Under the pieces are notes generated by a model. That model saw only the letters and a list, made by a program, of their open reading frames with translations. It made no database searches and was not told the origin of the DNA. A stretch of DNA of 63,541 nt, counting the filler, from Chiloscyllium plagiosum (taxonomy: Eukaryota): the NCBI RefSeq assembly GCF_004010195.1. It is 5 parts of one record of this genome, joined end to end, with 100 filler letters (N's around TTAATTAATTAA, not from the genome) between each part and the next. Parts side by side here need not be neighbours in the genome. Positions count along the whole stretch, not along the records: positions 38,617 to 55,324 come from NC_057711.1; 4 more parts are not named here. The stretch is one strand, 5' to 3'. The translations under genes were made by a program, and so were the position numbers. Below are positions 38,617-52,089 of the stretch, piece by piece; the stretch's first letter is position 1, and each line of letters starts with the position of its first letter.

Positions 38617-39201
38617 GAAGTCTTTGAGGAGGTGGAGGGCGTGGGTGGTGTCTCGGACGTATGTGGGGAGTTCCTGGACTAGGGGGGGATAGGACAGTGT
38701 CGAGGTTGGTAGAGATGAGTTCAGTGGGGCAGGAGCATGTTGAGACAATGGGTCGGCCAGGGTGGTCAGGCTTGTGGATCTTGGGAAGGAGGTAGAACCG
38801 GGCAGTGCGGGGTTCCCGGACTATGAGGTTGGAAGCTGTGTGTGGGAGATCTCCTGAGGTGATGAGGTTGTGTATGGTCTGGGAGATGATGGTTTGGTGA
38901 TGGGAGGTGGGGTCATGGTCAAGGGGGCAGTAGGAAGAGGTGTCCTTGAGTTGATGTTTGGCTTCAGCGGTGTAGAGGTCAGTGTGCCAGACTACCACTG
39001 CGCCCCCTTTATCTGCTGGCTTGATGGTGAGGTTATTCTGCCATTAGACATGCGGCTGCTGCAGCTGCCACCCCCATGCTGATTGATGTCACTTCTGCCC
39101 CCATCATGGCCACTCCCACAACCACTTCCACCCCTCTCAATTCCTCATGCATCACACGTGACACCACTTCCGCCCGGTTCTACCTCCTTCCCAAGATCCA
39201 C
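38617..39201 (-). mobile_element. Penelope-like (Neptune-type) RT N-terminal fragment with a rearranged plus-strand piece
   Basis: VVWHTDLYTAEAKHQL...DPT...ARFYLLPKIHKPDHPGRPIVS, the PLE RT signature. Confidence 0.9.
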
Positions 39202-39385
39202 TTTCTTTGCGCTCGCGCACCCCCCGTCTCTCTCTAATTTAAGCTGCTTTATTTGCAATTGAATTTTAACTATTTGCAGTGATGTTCGTGACATTCCTGG
39301 CAATTGTAAATGCTGCTTGATCGCTACACCTATTTCTTCTTTTTCTCGCAGACACAGGCAGCCCCAATTGAACTATTTTGCCAAA

Positions 39386-39697
39386 TTAGATTAGATTTCC
39401 TACAGTGTAGAAACAGGCACTTCAGCCCAACACGTCCACACCGACCCTCCGTAGAGTAACCCACCCAGTCCCATTTCCCACTGAATGCTGCCCTGAACGC
39501 TATGGCCATCTTAGAATGGCCAATTTACCTGACCTGCACATCTTTGGACTGTGGGAGGAAACCGGAGCACGTGGAGGAAACCCACGCAGACACAGGGAGA
39601 ATGTGCTCACTCGATACAGACAGTTGCCCAAGGCTGGAATTGAACCTGGGTCCCTGGTGGCATGAGGCAGCAGTACTAACCACTGAGCCACCGTGCC
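39386..39697 (-). mobile_element. HE1-type SINE
   Basis: Reverse complement of the 12075 SINE with a TTAGA tail. Confidence 0.9.
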
Positions 39698-40559
39698 AAT
39701 TCAAAAGCTTTGCCTTGCCCACATTTTTAAAATCTACCAAAGTGAATTCCTGTACTCCCAGACTTGGTGACTGAATGAGTCATTACTACATAAGGCACAC
39801 CCTGTTTAAACCAACCGAATTCAATGCCCAAAAGGCATTAGTACCTATATCAGTTGCTGCCTTTGAGTCCAATAATCTTAAACCCATGCGGAGTTAGAGA
39901 TTTTGATCTTGATCCTAGCTCCCAATTTATGGATCAGACCAGACCCCTCAAAATAATTTAAAGTAATGTAGACCCTAAATTTTTATTTTAAATGCAACAT
40001 GCTGTGTTCCAGGTGCAATTCTATTGGACACATGCTTTGACATAAAGCAAAAGTTCATTCAAAATCTATTGAAAATACAACAAAAGAAAGGAACTTTGAA
40101 TAACTCATGTCTATTGGAAAAATTAACAGAATAATTATTTTACTACAAACCAGAAACTGCTCCAGTATAGTCACCTTCTATAAGCACCTGTGACAAAAAG
40201 ACAAATGCAGAAAACAGTTTGTCTTACATGCAGTTTTCCAATCCAGGAGGAAAGAACATACAAAGACAACAGAGTAGCAGCCAAGAGAGATTCACTGCCT
40301 TCCAACCCTTCTAAAGCCTCAGCAAAACAGTTGAAAGTTAACCATAATCCTGAATCTGAATGTGACCACACTCACTCTGGCTGCTTCTATTTTTCTGTTT
40401 TTCTTAAAAATAAAAGCCTCATGTTTATCTTTTCAGACTGCACAATACCTGTCCCCTGATCTATTTCTAAAAGAAATCAGGACCAAGCACATTAAAGCCA
40501 CAGTGTCATCTCTCAAAACCAGACACTCATTTCCCTCCCCTCCCTTGGCAGCATTCCTT

Positions 40560-41735
40560 TGGGCCTGTTCCCTCCAGGGCATCTTGATCCAGTCCTCCAT
40601 TCAACATCCCTTCTCACTCCCATGCACCTTGCTATGTAGTTGAAACTGGTGTAATGCCTGTCTGTATAACTCCTCCGTCCTCCCCATCCAAAGCAGCCAA
40701 CCAACTTTCCAAGTGAAGCAGCAATTTACCTGTACTTCACACTTTGTGAAGTGAGGACTGCAGATGCTCGAGATCAGAGTCGTGAGTGTGGTGCTGGAAA
40801 AGCACAGCCAGTCAGGCAGCATCTGAGGAGCTGGAGAATGACGTTTCAAACATAAGCCCTTCATCAGGATCTGGACCAGATGGGCCAGTGGGCTGACAAG
40901 TGGCAGATGGAGTTTAATTCCGATAAATGCACGGTGCTGCATTTTGAGAATGTGTTGGAGGCTGGTACAATTGCAAGATTGAAGACTCATTTGGATGGGT
41001 ATATGAATAGGAAGGGTTTGGAGGGATATGGGCCGAGTGCTGGCAGGTTGGACAAGATTGGGTTGGGATATCTGGTCAGCACGGACAGGTTGGACCGAAG
41101 GGTCTGTTTCCATGCTGTACATCTCTGACTCAATCTAGCCTACTACGTTTGCTGTCAGAAAGTAGTCTCCTCTCGAAGTTGAGATGATATACAGACTGGG
41201 TGACCATTTCTCAGAACACCAATGGTGTGTCTGCAAAAGTAACCCAAATCACCCTCTTCCAGTCATCTGCCACTTTGTGACACCATCGTGTTCCAACACT
41301 TTTGTCACAAGCCTGCCGCAGTGCTCGTAAAAGTCTCATTTTTCACTTGGGGACCCTTCAACCTGTAGGACTCTATAATCGAGTTGAATAATTTTCGATA
41401 CTGGTTCCATCCTTCCAGTTTTTTTAACCCACGCCCACACCGGTGCTGTTATGACATGGGTTGCTTTGAACAGTCACCCTGACCCCTTTCATACCTTCTC
41501 ACCCTCTCTCTCACCCTCTCTCCCCCCCCACTTCTCGGTTCCATCTCCACCTCCACCTAACTGCTTACTACTTCCCCTGCCCCTCCCTGTTTTGGCTAGC
41601 GTGTGTACTAGTAATACAAGTAATATCTCTTCTGATGAAGATTCACTGGATTCAGTGTTAACTCTGCTTTCTTCCCACAGATGCTGTTGGATATGCTGCA
41701 TTTCTCCAGCAATTTGATTTTGTTCTGCATTTTGT
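40560..41735 (+). mobile_element. Old PLE GIY-YIG / 3' region interrupted by a PLE end (40748-40870, - strand) and CR1 fragments (40870-41130, + strand)
   Basis: FQVKQQFTCTS...RLGDHFSEH remnants on both sides of the insert; CR1 piece MGQWADKWQMEFNSDKC. Confidence 0.7.
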
Positions 41736-42185
41736 TTTGAGGGCAAGGGCAATTTGCATTGTCCGTTGGAATAAACCAGGTTACTACTTCAATATGAAAC
41801 ATTGCATATTGATTTGTAGAACCTTTCCTTTCATACCATTATTTTGTCAACATCATGTAGTTTTCAGACTTTCTTCTCCAGTTGGAACATGCTTTGAAAC
41901 TTGTATTTCCAGATTGTGTTGTAATTGTGCTGTCATTATATCTGTTTTGTTTGTTTCCTGACAAACTGCTCAAAACCTGCATGCACCATACAGCAAGTCC
42001 AAAAATAGAGGGATGTTGAAAAACTCTTGGATGGGTAGAAGATTATTTAAGTAAAGCCAAACAGATGTTGAAATGTTCTCCTCTGACTTGCTGGATACTG
42101 CTCAATTTTGTTTTCTTTGAAGATTTACTGTCCAGTGACTGTAACTTACAATTTTCTGAATAATTGATCTAATTTCTTTCCACAG

Positions 42186-42239
42186 TGGCTGAGCATGTAG
42201 AATCAATTGACAACCCATTGCACGAAGCTGCCAAACGTG
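42186..42239 (+). CDS. OSTF1: OSTF1-like internal coding exon (end of SH3 linker / start of ankyrin 1): (V)AEHVESIDNPLHEAAKR(G)
   Basis: Polypyrimidine tract + CACAG acceptor and GTAAGT donor; 54 bp, phase 1-1; peptide matches recalled OSTF1 VAEQAESIDNPLHEAAKRG. Confidence 0.92.
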
Positions 42240-42469
42240 GTAAGTATTCATGGAAATAACCTACAAATACAAGGTGATATATCCACTAGATTCTGTTACA
42301 ATCTTTAATGACTTTTTTTCTCTGATTATATTTATAAATGCAACTTTCACAACACTGAAACAGTTGCAAATTATATTCCATTATCTCTGGGCAAAAAAAG
42401 TGAGACTGTTAAAAATGCCAACTCTAGATCCTTACTAGAAATTTGAACAGAGCTGTATACATTTCATTG

Positions 42470-42755
42470 CGGGCTGAGGCAATGCTGTGACCATGGAAGT
42501 ATTGATTTTCAATTAGACAGTTAAGTCAATCCATCCTATCAGGATGGACATAAGGCCATAGTTTTTGTCAAAAAAGAACTGCAGAAGATTGGCTGGATCT
42601 TGGCTAGCATTATCCAGAACTAATGCTACAGAAATAGATTATCTGCTTTACTTTATTGTTTGTGGGTCCTTCTGTGTATGAGAATTGACTACCATATTTT
42701 CCTGTAATGTAACAGTTTTTTGCATTTCAAAAGTTTTAAATTGTTTGCTGTCCTG
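42470..42755 (+). mobile_element. Degraded Deu-domain SINE
   Basis: CAGGATGGACATAAGG...AGATTATCTG...TTGTGGG...TTTCCTGTAATGTAACAG...TTCAAAAG, resembling SacSINE1; a similar copy lies at about 59540-59830. Confidence 0.5.
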
Positions 42756-42756
42756 G

Positions 42757-44870
42757 TCATCTTAGAAGGATGTTCTGATAATGGATGTGATGCAACAAAG
42801 GTTTACCAGACTGATCCCTGGCATGGGGGGGGACAGACTTGAGAAGAGAGCCTGGATCGGTTAGGACTATATTCACTGTGGAGTTTAGAATGAAGGAGAA
42901 TCTCTGAAACGTAAAACAGTCCAATGGGACCAGACAGGGTAAATATAGGAAGGATGTTCCTAATGACGGGTGAGTCAAGAATGAACTTGAGAATACAAGG
43001 TGAGCCATTTAGAACTGAGCTGAGAGGGGACATTTCTTCACTCGGATTGGTAGGCTTGTGGAATTCTGTCACGGAAAGTGGTTGAGACCAAAACTTTTTG
43101 TTATCAAGGAAGTATGAGGAATAGCCCTTTGAGATAAAAGCATCAAATAGTATGTGGTGAAAGCAGAAACCGGGTACTAAATTGAATGATTTCTGATCAT
43201 ATTGAATGGCAGAATGTTAGTAAATATGACCGATCTTCTATTCACACCAACCGCTAAAATCCTATTTCTCTCTCTGCAGGTGCTATCAGACCTGCTGGGT
43301 TTCTCCACGTTTTGCTTTTTAAGTGTTGAGCCCATTAGAATTGTACATTGAACTTGTCTGTAGATCCAGAAGATGAGGTCAGGTTTTTTAGTGAATATTT
43401 TGTATTCGTCTTTGCAAAGTTGGGGGATGATACAGAAGTTCCAGTGAAGGAGGAAATGACACACAAAACAAGCATAATGTGAACAAAAGTACTAGAGACA
43501 TTGACCACCTCAAAAATGGATAACTCATCAGATTAATTGTATCCTAAACCATTAAAGGAGCCGGGGAGGATATAACAGATGCTGTGAGGATGATTTTCTT
43601 AACTCCATTAGAAACAAATGAAGAACCAATACATTGGAGAAATTTGCATGTTGTATCATTACTCAAAAATGTGTGCTAATTATGGGTCAGTCAGTCTGAT
43701 AGTGGGAAAATTTAGAATCCATGTTTAGGGATAACATTAACCATTATTTAGAAAAGTCATAGATTAGTCAGGGGTATCAGCATGTCTTTATTAAAGGAAG
43801 ATCATGCCTTACTAACTGCATTGCTTTTTGTTTGCACTGTCCTCAATCCTCCTTGCAATGAATGTTGTCTACATGGATTTGAATATGACCATTTTAACAA
43901 GTCCCTTATGGCAGACTAACCAGAAACATTAAAGCCCATAGGTTAGAGGGAATATGGTGAATTGGATCCAAAATTCACTCTGACAGAAAAGCGATAATGA
44001 TCAATGGGATGTTCTGGCAAATAGCAAGTGGCTTCCAATGCTGTTCAACAGAGCCCCTTGCTGTTGGTTGTACAGATTAATGACTTAAATGTAGGAGGTA
44101 TGATTGCAAAATTTGCAGATAACTCAAATTGGCTTAGTGGTTGATAGTGATAGTGTTGACTGCAGCATAATATCAGTAATTTGTTTGAGTGAAAAACTGG
44201 CAAATGAGATTCAGTTGGGAAAAGTTGGAGATTCTGCATTTTAGGAAGGTCAAACAAAGCAAGAGACCACTGGATAAATGATGGGCTATTGAAAGGAGTG
44301 GAGGAATTGAGATACAGTGGAATGCATGTTCACATCCCAGGCCGGGTAGAAAGCATGTAGAATGCTTTCCTACCTGGGATAGTTATTGAATAAAAGAGCA
44401 GGGATCTAGTACTGAGACTAACTTTTGGTTAGGCCACAGCTGGAGTTTTGTGGAGAGATCTGGTCATAGTACAGAAAAGACACTGTTTCTCAGTAGATAG
44501 ACAAGCATCTAATTGGAAATTGCAGGTCTGAGAAATTGGGTATGTGAGGTTTATTTTCTTTGGCAGAGATAGGGCTGACTTGTTCCAAGTGTTCAAAATA
44601 GTCAAAGGAAGGGAAGCCCTATTTCTTTAATGGAGAGATCAGTTACCGAGACAGATTTCAAGTGTTTGGTAAAAGAATTGAGTGGGCAGGAGGAAAATCT
44701 CACCCAACAGGTGATGTGTTTGGAATTCTCTGCCCAGTGTGGTGTATGAGACACAAACGCTCAATGCATATTTAAAAGGAACCTGGATCTGTGCCTGAAG
44801 CACTGGAACTTGCAAGGCTACGAAAGGCTAAGGCACTGGAAAGAGAGATTAGAATTGACAATGCCAACCC
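42757..44870 (+). mobile_element. Old CR1 fragments (42757-43250 and 43490-44870)
   Basis: QQRFTRLIPGM, KGRSCLTN, MIAKFAD and VRPQLE remnants. Confidence 0.8.
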
Positions 44871-44879
44871 ACTGATTTC

Positions 44880-45200
44880 TATGTTTTACCTTGACTACAT
44901 TTCCTCACACCTTGCTCCCTATAAGGGCTCCATTCCACTGTGCCAGTTTCTCAATCTTGGTCGAATCTGTGTCAGTGATGGCACCTTCCAAGGGGATGTT
45001 TCTGACATGGCCAATTGCCTCAAATCCCCATCAGGGTTACCAGAGCCCTTAGCCAGCTCTGACTTCCATCCTCACCCTTTCCCTTCTTTCACAGAACAAG
45101 GATAGTTTCCCTCTTTCCTCACTTTCCACTCCTCCAGATTCTGAATTCAAAGGATGAGCAGCTTCTCTCTATCTATGCTGTTTGGACTTCTGGTATTGAA
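44880..45200 (+). mobile_element. Degraded PLE RT C-terminal fragment
   Basis: LDYISSHLAPYKGSIPLCQFLNLGRIC resembles the PLE motif YLDY.SSHP..K.SIP.SQFLRLRRIC. Confidence 0.7.
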
Positions 45201-46483
45201 AACTACTATCTAATCTCCTCTCAAACTTCTGTAAGAAAGACAATCCTGGTTAATTTGAATTTGCTGTACAGTTGAAATCCTTTTTTCCTGGAAACTAATT
45301 TTAAATCTTCTGTTAATTCTCTGAAGCCTTTTCACCTCATTACTAATGTGGTTTGCTTGTTCATTTCAGAGGAAAATTAAGCAGAGGGCCAACTAATGTG
45401 GGTTTGGATTTGGCTAGAAGCAAACCTGGAAGGATGGCAGATTTTCTTCCCCAAGGTCATTTACACCATGAACTAGGAGCAGACCTGCACATTTGGCAAT
45501 GCAGCTGTGGATTAGCAGCTTCCGTGGTGGCCTTTGAACCAGTGTTCCCAAAGCTTTGGCTTGCGACTAGGCCAGTGATACCCCTATGCGACCATCTCCC
45601 TTATTCTGTCATGGCAGAAGAGGCAGTGTAGACTAAGTGGCAGAGTTCTATTTAAGGTGATTGGGACCTTGGTGTATATGTTTGGTCATTGAAGATGGAG
45701 AAATGTTTGAAAAATTAACAAAGCCTATTGAAGCCTGGGCAACTTTAGATCAAGGTATTGAATGCAAAAGCGGGAGAGTTATATTGAACCTTTGTAAAGT
45801 TCTGGTTACAATGCGGGTGCAGTCCATTCTGTCCGATTTTTGACTGTTGCAGCTCGCGATGTACTTAATTTGAAGTTTATTTTATTCCTCCTTTTGTCTT
45901 TGTGGTGTAGATACACCTACATTTAGGAGAAGAGTTCCTGGATTTTGACCTGCAATAGTGAAGGAATGGTGATATTGTTTTAAGTCAGGATGGTATCTGG
46001 CTTAGAGGAGTACCTGCAAATTGGCTCGCTTGCATCTGTTAGCCTTGTACTTCTTGGTGGTAAATGACACCAGTTTGGAAGGCACACTTGTGTGCTTTGA
46101 GTTATGTGCACCATGACCTTTGGTTGTTCACCCTTCCACCTTGCCATGCTCTGAATTTCAGAGCCAATTACGTCTGCAACCACAAAGGTCTGTAAATTCT
46201 TCTAACTGTTTAATTCCCCCATTTCATTTTTGCTCTTATCAATATTCCCCCTTTGCTCTAATTTTATAGCTGAAATTGATATAAATCTAGTTTAATGCAC
46301 CATTAGGTAGAATGTATTCAAACAAGTAGGTACTTGTCAGCCTTGCTTAGCAGTTCCTTTGCTCTGGCCAAACCGATTTTTATTTTTTATTTTTTGTTTT
46401 TTTTTTCTTCAGAGCCTTCAAATGCTTATTCATTTAAGCCAACCCTTGTGATTTTGCACTTTCCAATACCTGAGAAGATATAC

Positions 46484-46632
46484 AGTGCTGAAAAGCATGG
46501 CCCTGGAAAGCACAGCAGGTCAGGAATGACCAAGGGCTTATGCCTGAAATGTCACCTTTCCTGTTCCTGCTGTGCTTTTCTAGCATCAGTTTTTGACTGA
46601 CTCTCCAGCATCTGCAGTTCTCACTTTCTCCT
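46484..46632 (+). mobile_element. Degraded fold-back PLE-end mini element about 115 bp upstream of an OSTF1-like exon
   Basis: CTGGAAAGCACAGCAGG / CCTGCTGTGCTTTTCTAG arms around AAGGGCTTATGCCTGAAATGTC. Confidence 0.7.
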
Positions 46633-46747
46633 GGGAAAAACAGTGCACCTTCTGTCAAACTGCTACCTGATTTCTTGCATTCTACATTACTGTTAAGCTG
46701 ATTTTAAATTGAAAAAATCTACTCATGCTGATATTTGCATTTTTCAG

Positions 46748-46855
46748 GGAATGAAAGTTGGTTGAAAGAATGTTTAGACAACAGGGTTGCAGTCAATGCT
46801 CTCGACAAAGCTGGAAACACTGCTCTCTATTGGGCATGCCATGGAGGACACATCG
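46748..46855 (+). CDS. OSTF1: OSTF1-like ankyrin exon: [36 protein letters not shown]
   Basis: TTTTCAG acceptor, GTAAG donor; 108 bp, phase 1-1; matches recalled OSTF1 [35 protein letters not shown]; lies inside ORF 46735..46917. Confidence 0.95.
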
Positions 46856-49039
46856 GTAAGACTCTTGCTGCCGAAAAAGTGCTCATAATTATGCAAAACT
46901 TGTTACATTATTTTTAATTTCCAAGGTGTATTCCAAATTTGTCCGCTCCTATTTGTGTTGTGTAAGCTATTTAAATGCTTGAGTTGATTCATAATGCTAT
47001 TCTTAAAAAGTTATCATTGTTCTCTTGTTCTTGGGATTGCAAAATTGTTGTCATGTTTGAAATTAAGGGATAGCATGTCAAAAACAATTAAATTGACAGC
47101 TCCTGAAAGTAATGCTAATATTGAATTAGAAAACTCTGTGTGTGTGTATAGTATATTCTCGTGGAGTTACGTGTTCTTATCCATGTATAGCATTGAACTT
47201 CTTGCAAAATATTAGCTTACTAAAACCTTTGGTTAAATTTCTGGTGATGCAGCTGTTAGGCAAATGATAAAATTTAGTCTTTAAATTTGTCAGTATCAAC
47301 TACATTTTAATTTTGAGAGCACAGAAGAGATTGAAAGATTAATCACAAATTTAGTCTGATTAATTCAACACACAATTGCACTGTTCCATTAGTTGGAGGG
47401 CAGTTTGGTTGAGGACTGAGCAAGTTTATTCAGTTGAAATAAAAGCATGTTTGAGTGGTGAAGTGTATCGAATAAGCAGCTTTCCTTTATTAAAATTCAT
47501 AGAATTCCATTTACGGCTTTGGAGGGGAGTGGTTGTCAAACTCTGTCCTTTTGAAGTTAATGAGGCAGGTCACATTTCATGAGAAAGCATGTCTTTAAGA
47601 ATATATATGAAAGAAATATACTTTTGCAACTATTTAGTGCTAAACAGTTTTTTGTTTTTACTATATATGAATCGAGAGAATTACAGATGAATGCTGCTTG
47701 TCAATTATTGTACATTTAAATTATGGCAAGTCTTGGGACCACAGTCAATTTGGATTAATTAGATGTTGTTAAAATGAAGACATGGTTGTACTTTTTTTTA
47801 ACTGATAGGAGACTTCAAGGTGAATGTGACAATGATTATGCAAATGGCACAATCCCACAAATATGATTAAATTATTCTAGGTGATGTTGGCTGAAGCAAA
47901 AAGATGGTCTTAATTTTAAACAGCATCACATTTCATTTGTGTAACAGCATTATCAATTAACTTAAGCGCATGTAAACATATAGCCTACATCACAAGACCT
48001 AAAGCAGCCTGCTTGCTCCTTCCCCAACCTTCGTTTAGTCAAGAAGTGGGTGGGTTATGTTCGTGTTTAATATTTTAACTTCCTCCTCTAAACCAATGCA
48101 CCTTTTTTGGGAGATGGAGTTCAAATTCCTCCTAGTATCTCATAGTATGATGCTTAAATGTAAAATTGCTAAACAAATTAGCTGTTGTGCCTTAATGGAA
48201 CTTAAAAACTTAAGTATAATGCTGCCAAGTAGATTTTGTCTCCAATAATCTAAAATAAATCAAATAATGAGTGTTGACTTGGGTTTGGAATAATAGCCCA
48301 GATTTTATGGTGGAGTAGTGTATCTTGCCATTCAGTTTGCTGACTGCTGTTGACAAAGTTTTTGCAGCATTAGTAAAGGAGACTTGCTCTCCTCTGACAT
48401 TTGATCCAGTGCAGTATTGATCACAAAGGATCAGTGATGTTTTTGAGCAAGTGAAGACAGCACAGTTCTCCAAAATTGTAACTTTGTCCAAAACATTTAA
48501 TCAGAGCTAATATCTTTTGAGGGTAAAAGACGTCACCCTTTGAGGCCAGAGAGGATATTTCACAATTATCAGAAGCATGTTCATAAAACTCTCTCTCGTA
48601 GCCTAATCTTTCCAGCTCATGTTGTTTATTAATTTTCTATCTAATTGATCACAGAGGACTGCAAACAGTTCTCCAAAACCAAGGGACAGGTTACTTTGGA
48701 AAGCAACATCAACGTTTTTGTAGTTAACCATATACAGTTACCTGGTTATAACGGAGTCTGTTGGTCTCACTGTTATGGCAAAATCTGACAATGTTTTAAA
48801 TAAAAGTATACATAATCTTTAAATGTTTGTTTATATGTAAATATAGTTATCTACAACATCGATGAAAGTTAATCTGATTTAATAAGTTGAATACATACTC
48901 TTGAGAGTTCAGGCACTTGATAATTTTGTAACAGGTCACTAAATGTCTGTTTCAGCCCTCATCCTGAACCCCTTAAGTGGCTAGAAAAAGTAGTAAACAG
49001 ATCGACGGTTTAGCAGTGGAACAAATGTGTCTAGAGAGT

Positions 49040-50990
49040 CAGTCATATCGCTACAGCATGGAAACAGATTCTTCAGTCCAACTTGTCCATGCCGACCAGA
49101 TATCCCAACCCAATCCAGTTCCACCTGTGAGCACCTGGCCCATATCCCTCCAAACCCTTCCTATTCATATACCCATCCAAATGTCTTTTAAATGTTGCAA
49201 TTGTACCAGCCTCCACCACACCCTCTGTCAGCTCATTCCATACACGTACCACCCTCTTGGGGGGGCGGGGGGGAAATGCCGTTTAGATCTCTAATATGTC
49301 CCCCTTCCCCTTACCCTAAACCTATGCCCTCTAGTTCAGGACTCCCCACTCCAGGGAAAATACTTTATCCATTTATCCTCCAACCCTGGCACAATCCTTG
49401 TAACTCTTTGCTGAACCCTTTGAGGTTTCACAACATCTTTCCGACAGGAAGGAGAATAGAATTGCATGCAATATTCCTACAGTGGCCTAACCAATGTTTT
49501 GTACAGCCGCAACATGACCTCCCAACTACTGTACTCAGTACTCTGACCAATAAAGGAAAGCATACCAAACGCCGCCTTCACTCTCCTATCTACCTCCAAC
49601 TCCACTTTCATGGAGCTCTGAACCTGCACTCCAAGGTGTCTTTGTTCAGCAACACTCCCTAGGACCTTACCATTCAGTGTATAAGTCCTGCTAAGACTTG
49701 CTTTCCCAAAATGCAGCACCTAAACTCCATCTGCCACTTCTCAGCCCATTGGTCCATTTGATCAAGATCCTGTTGTAACCTGAAATAACCCTCTTCGCTG
49801 TCAACTACGCATCCAATTTTGGTGTCATCTGCAAACTTACTAACTATATACCTCTTATCTCATCCAAATCATTTATATAAATGACGAAAAGTAGAGGACC
49901 CAGCACTGATCCTTGTAGCACTCCACTGCTCACAGGCGTCCATTCTGAAAAGCAACCCTCCACCACCACCCTCTGTCTTCTACCTTTGAGCCAGTTCTGT
50001 ATCCAAATGGCTAGTTCTCCCTGTATTCCATGAGATCTCACCTTGCCAACCATGGGGAACCTTATCGAATGCCTTACAGAGGTCCATGTAGATCACATCT
50101 ACCACTCTGCCCTTGTCAATCCTCTTTGCTTCAAGAAACTCTATCAAGTTAGTGAGACATGATTTCCCATGCACAAAGCCATGTTGACAGTCCCTAATCA
50201 GTCCCTACATTTCTAAATACATGTACATGCTGTCCCTCAGGATTCCATCCAACAACTTGTCCACCAACGACGTCTATTTCACTCATCTATAGTTCCCTGG
50301 CTTGTCCTTGCCACCCTTCTTAAACAGTGGCACCACGTTAGCCAACCTCCAGTCTTCCGGCATCTCACCTGTGACAATCTGATACAAATATTTCAGTAAG
50401 AGGCCCAGCGATCAGGACTTGGGGATATCAACTTTTGTTTCAAGACTTCCTCTTCTGTAATATGGGCATTTTTCAAAATGTCACCACCTATTTCTGTATT
50501 CTATATCTTCCATGTCCTTTTTCCACAGTAAATACTGATGCCAAATACTTGGTTACTATCTCCTTTTTCCCCCCCTGCCAAATCTTCTGCAGCTCCACAC
50601 AAATGCGGCCTTGCTGATCTTTGAGGGGCCCTATTCTCTCCCTAGCTAACCTTTTGTCCTTAATGTATTTGTAAAACCCTTTGGATTCTCCTTAACTCTA
50701 TTTTCCAAAACTCTCTCATGTCCTCTTTTTGCCCTCCTGATTTCCCTCTTAAATATACTCCTACTGCCTTTATACTCTAAGGATTCACTTGATCGATCCT
50801 GTCTAAACTTGATACGCTTCTTTTTTTTCTCTTAACCGAACCCTCAATTCTCCAGCATTCCCAAAACCTTTCAGCCTTTCCTTTCAGCCTAATAGGAATA
50901 TACTGTATCTGGACACTCATTCTTATTTCTGAAGGCTTCCAATTTTCCTGTGAACATCTCCCAATCAGCTTTTAAAAGTTCTTGCCTAAT
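49040..50990 (-). mobile_element. Degraded CR1 ORF2 (RT) with 3' end, intronic and antisense to the OSTF1-like gene
   Basis: [44 protein letters not shown] and LYKTLVRPL. Confidence 0.93.
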
Positions 50991-51606
50991 GCATACTTGC
51001 AGTTGTCTTTAGGTGTATGGTGTTACTGTAAGTTTATAAAATGGATGGGATTTGAAATATTGAGAAGTTAAAGTGATATTGAGCTTAAGATGTTGTAGTT
51101 AATTAGGCTAATGACAGATCAATAAATGTTTGTTTATACCTGAGCCAGGGCAGGTTTCTCTAAATAAAAACTGAAGTTCTGAGGAAAGGTCACTTGACCC
51201 AGAACATTAACTCTGATTTCTCTCACAGATGCTGCTATCCCTACTGAGCTTTTCCAGCAATTTCTATTTTGGGTTTCTCTCTTTCTAATGTTGGGTGCTA
51301 TTACCAATTGACCAGCTAGCCAGGCTTGTTAATGGGATCTCTGGTAGAGCTAGAATTTCAACTTGGAAAAGTTACCATTCAACATTAAATTAATTAAAAG
51401 TAGGGTGACATTAGATAAACAAGTTGTGGAAATGTTACTCATGTTTCAGTGCTGGAGACAGCCTGGTTTTAGTTAGCTGAACTTGAGCCTTAAGAAGAAA
51501 TTCATATATTTTGGTTCTGTCATTCAGCACAAAATCTCTTCAGCTGAAATTGAAGATTCTTGCAATAGTTGTGTATTCTGAACTAATTGTTTCTTTTAAA
51601 ATCTAG

Positions 51607-51656
51607 GGATAGTGAAAATTCTGCTTTCCCAACCACAAGTTGAATTAAATCAACAG
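51607..51656 (+). CDS. OSTF1: OSTF1-like ankyrin exon: GIVKILLSQPQVELNQQ
   Basis: TCTAG acceptor, GTAAGA donor; 50 bp, phase 1-0; matches recalled DIVEMLFTQPNIELNQQ and keeps frame with both neighbours. Confidence 0.9.
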
Positions 51657-52089
51657 GTAAGACAATTAGACTTAGCTTTAGATTTATCATGGAGTGTCAG
51701 ATATATCTGGCAAGATTTTGGTCAAATTTTGATCAATAAGGCTGGCAGTTATTGTTAATACCCATGAAACATTTTTGGTGTTGAATTGCATAACAGAGCG
51801 ACAAACATGCCACATTTTGTGTAGCTTAATGTCTCAATTCCATAGAAATTTGCGTAACTGAAAGAGGAACAAGATGGAGAAGTTCCTTTACTAAATTTGA
51901 GTTTGTTATAAATTTTCTTAAAGGCAAAATTTTACTTGATGACAAAGGAATAAATTGAGCCAAGGCACTCATTCTTTGATTTTGGAAAGGATCAAATTCA
52001 ATCCTGAGATTATTTTGGTGTAACTGAGGCCCATTTCCAAGCATTAGGCAGAATTTTCTCTTCCAAGACCAAGTCTCATGGTGAAGCTT

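Noticed and set aside
42445..42470. CAGAGCTGTATACATTT resembling the OSTF1 'RALYTF' exon
   Set aside because: Lies downstream of the exon it should precede, with no frame or splice support; coincidence.
46735..46917. ORF treated as a standalone small ankyrin protein
   Set aside because: Only 46748-46855 is homologous and it is bounded by splice sites; the rest is intron.
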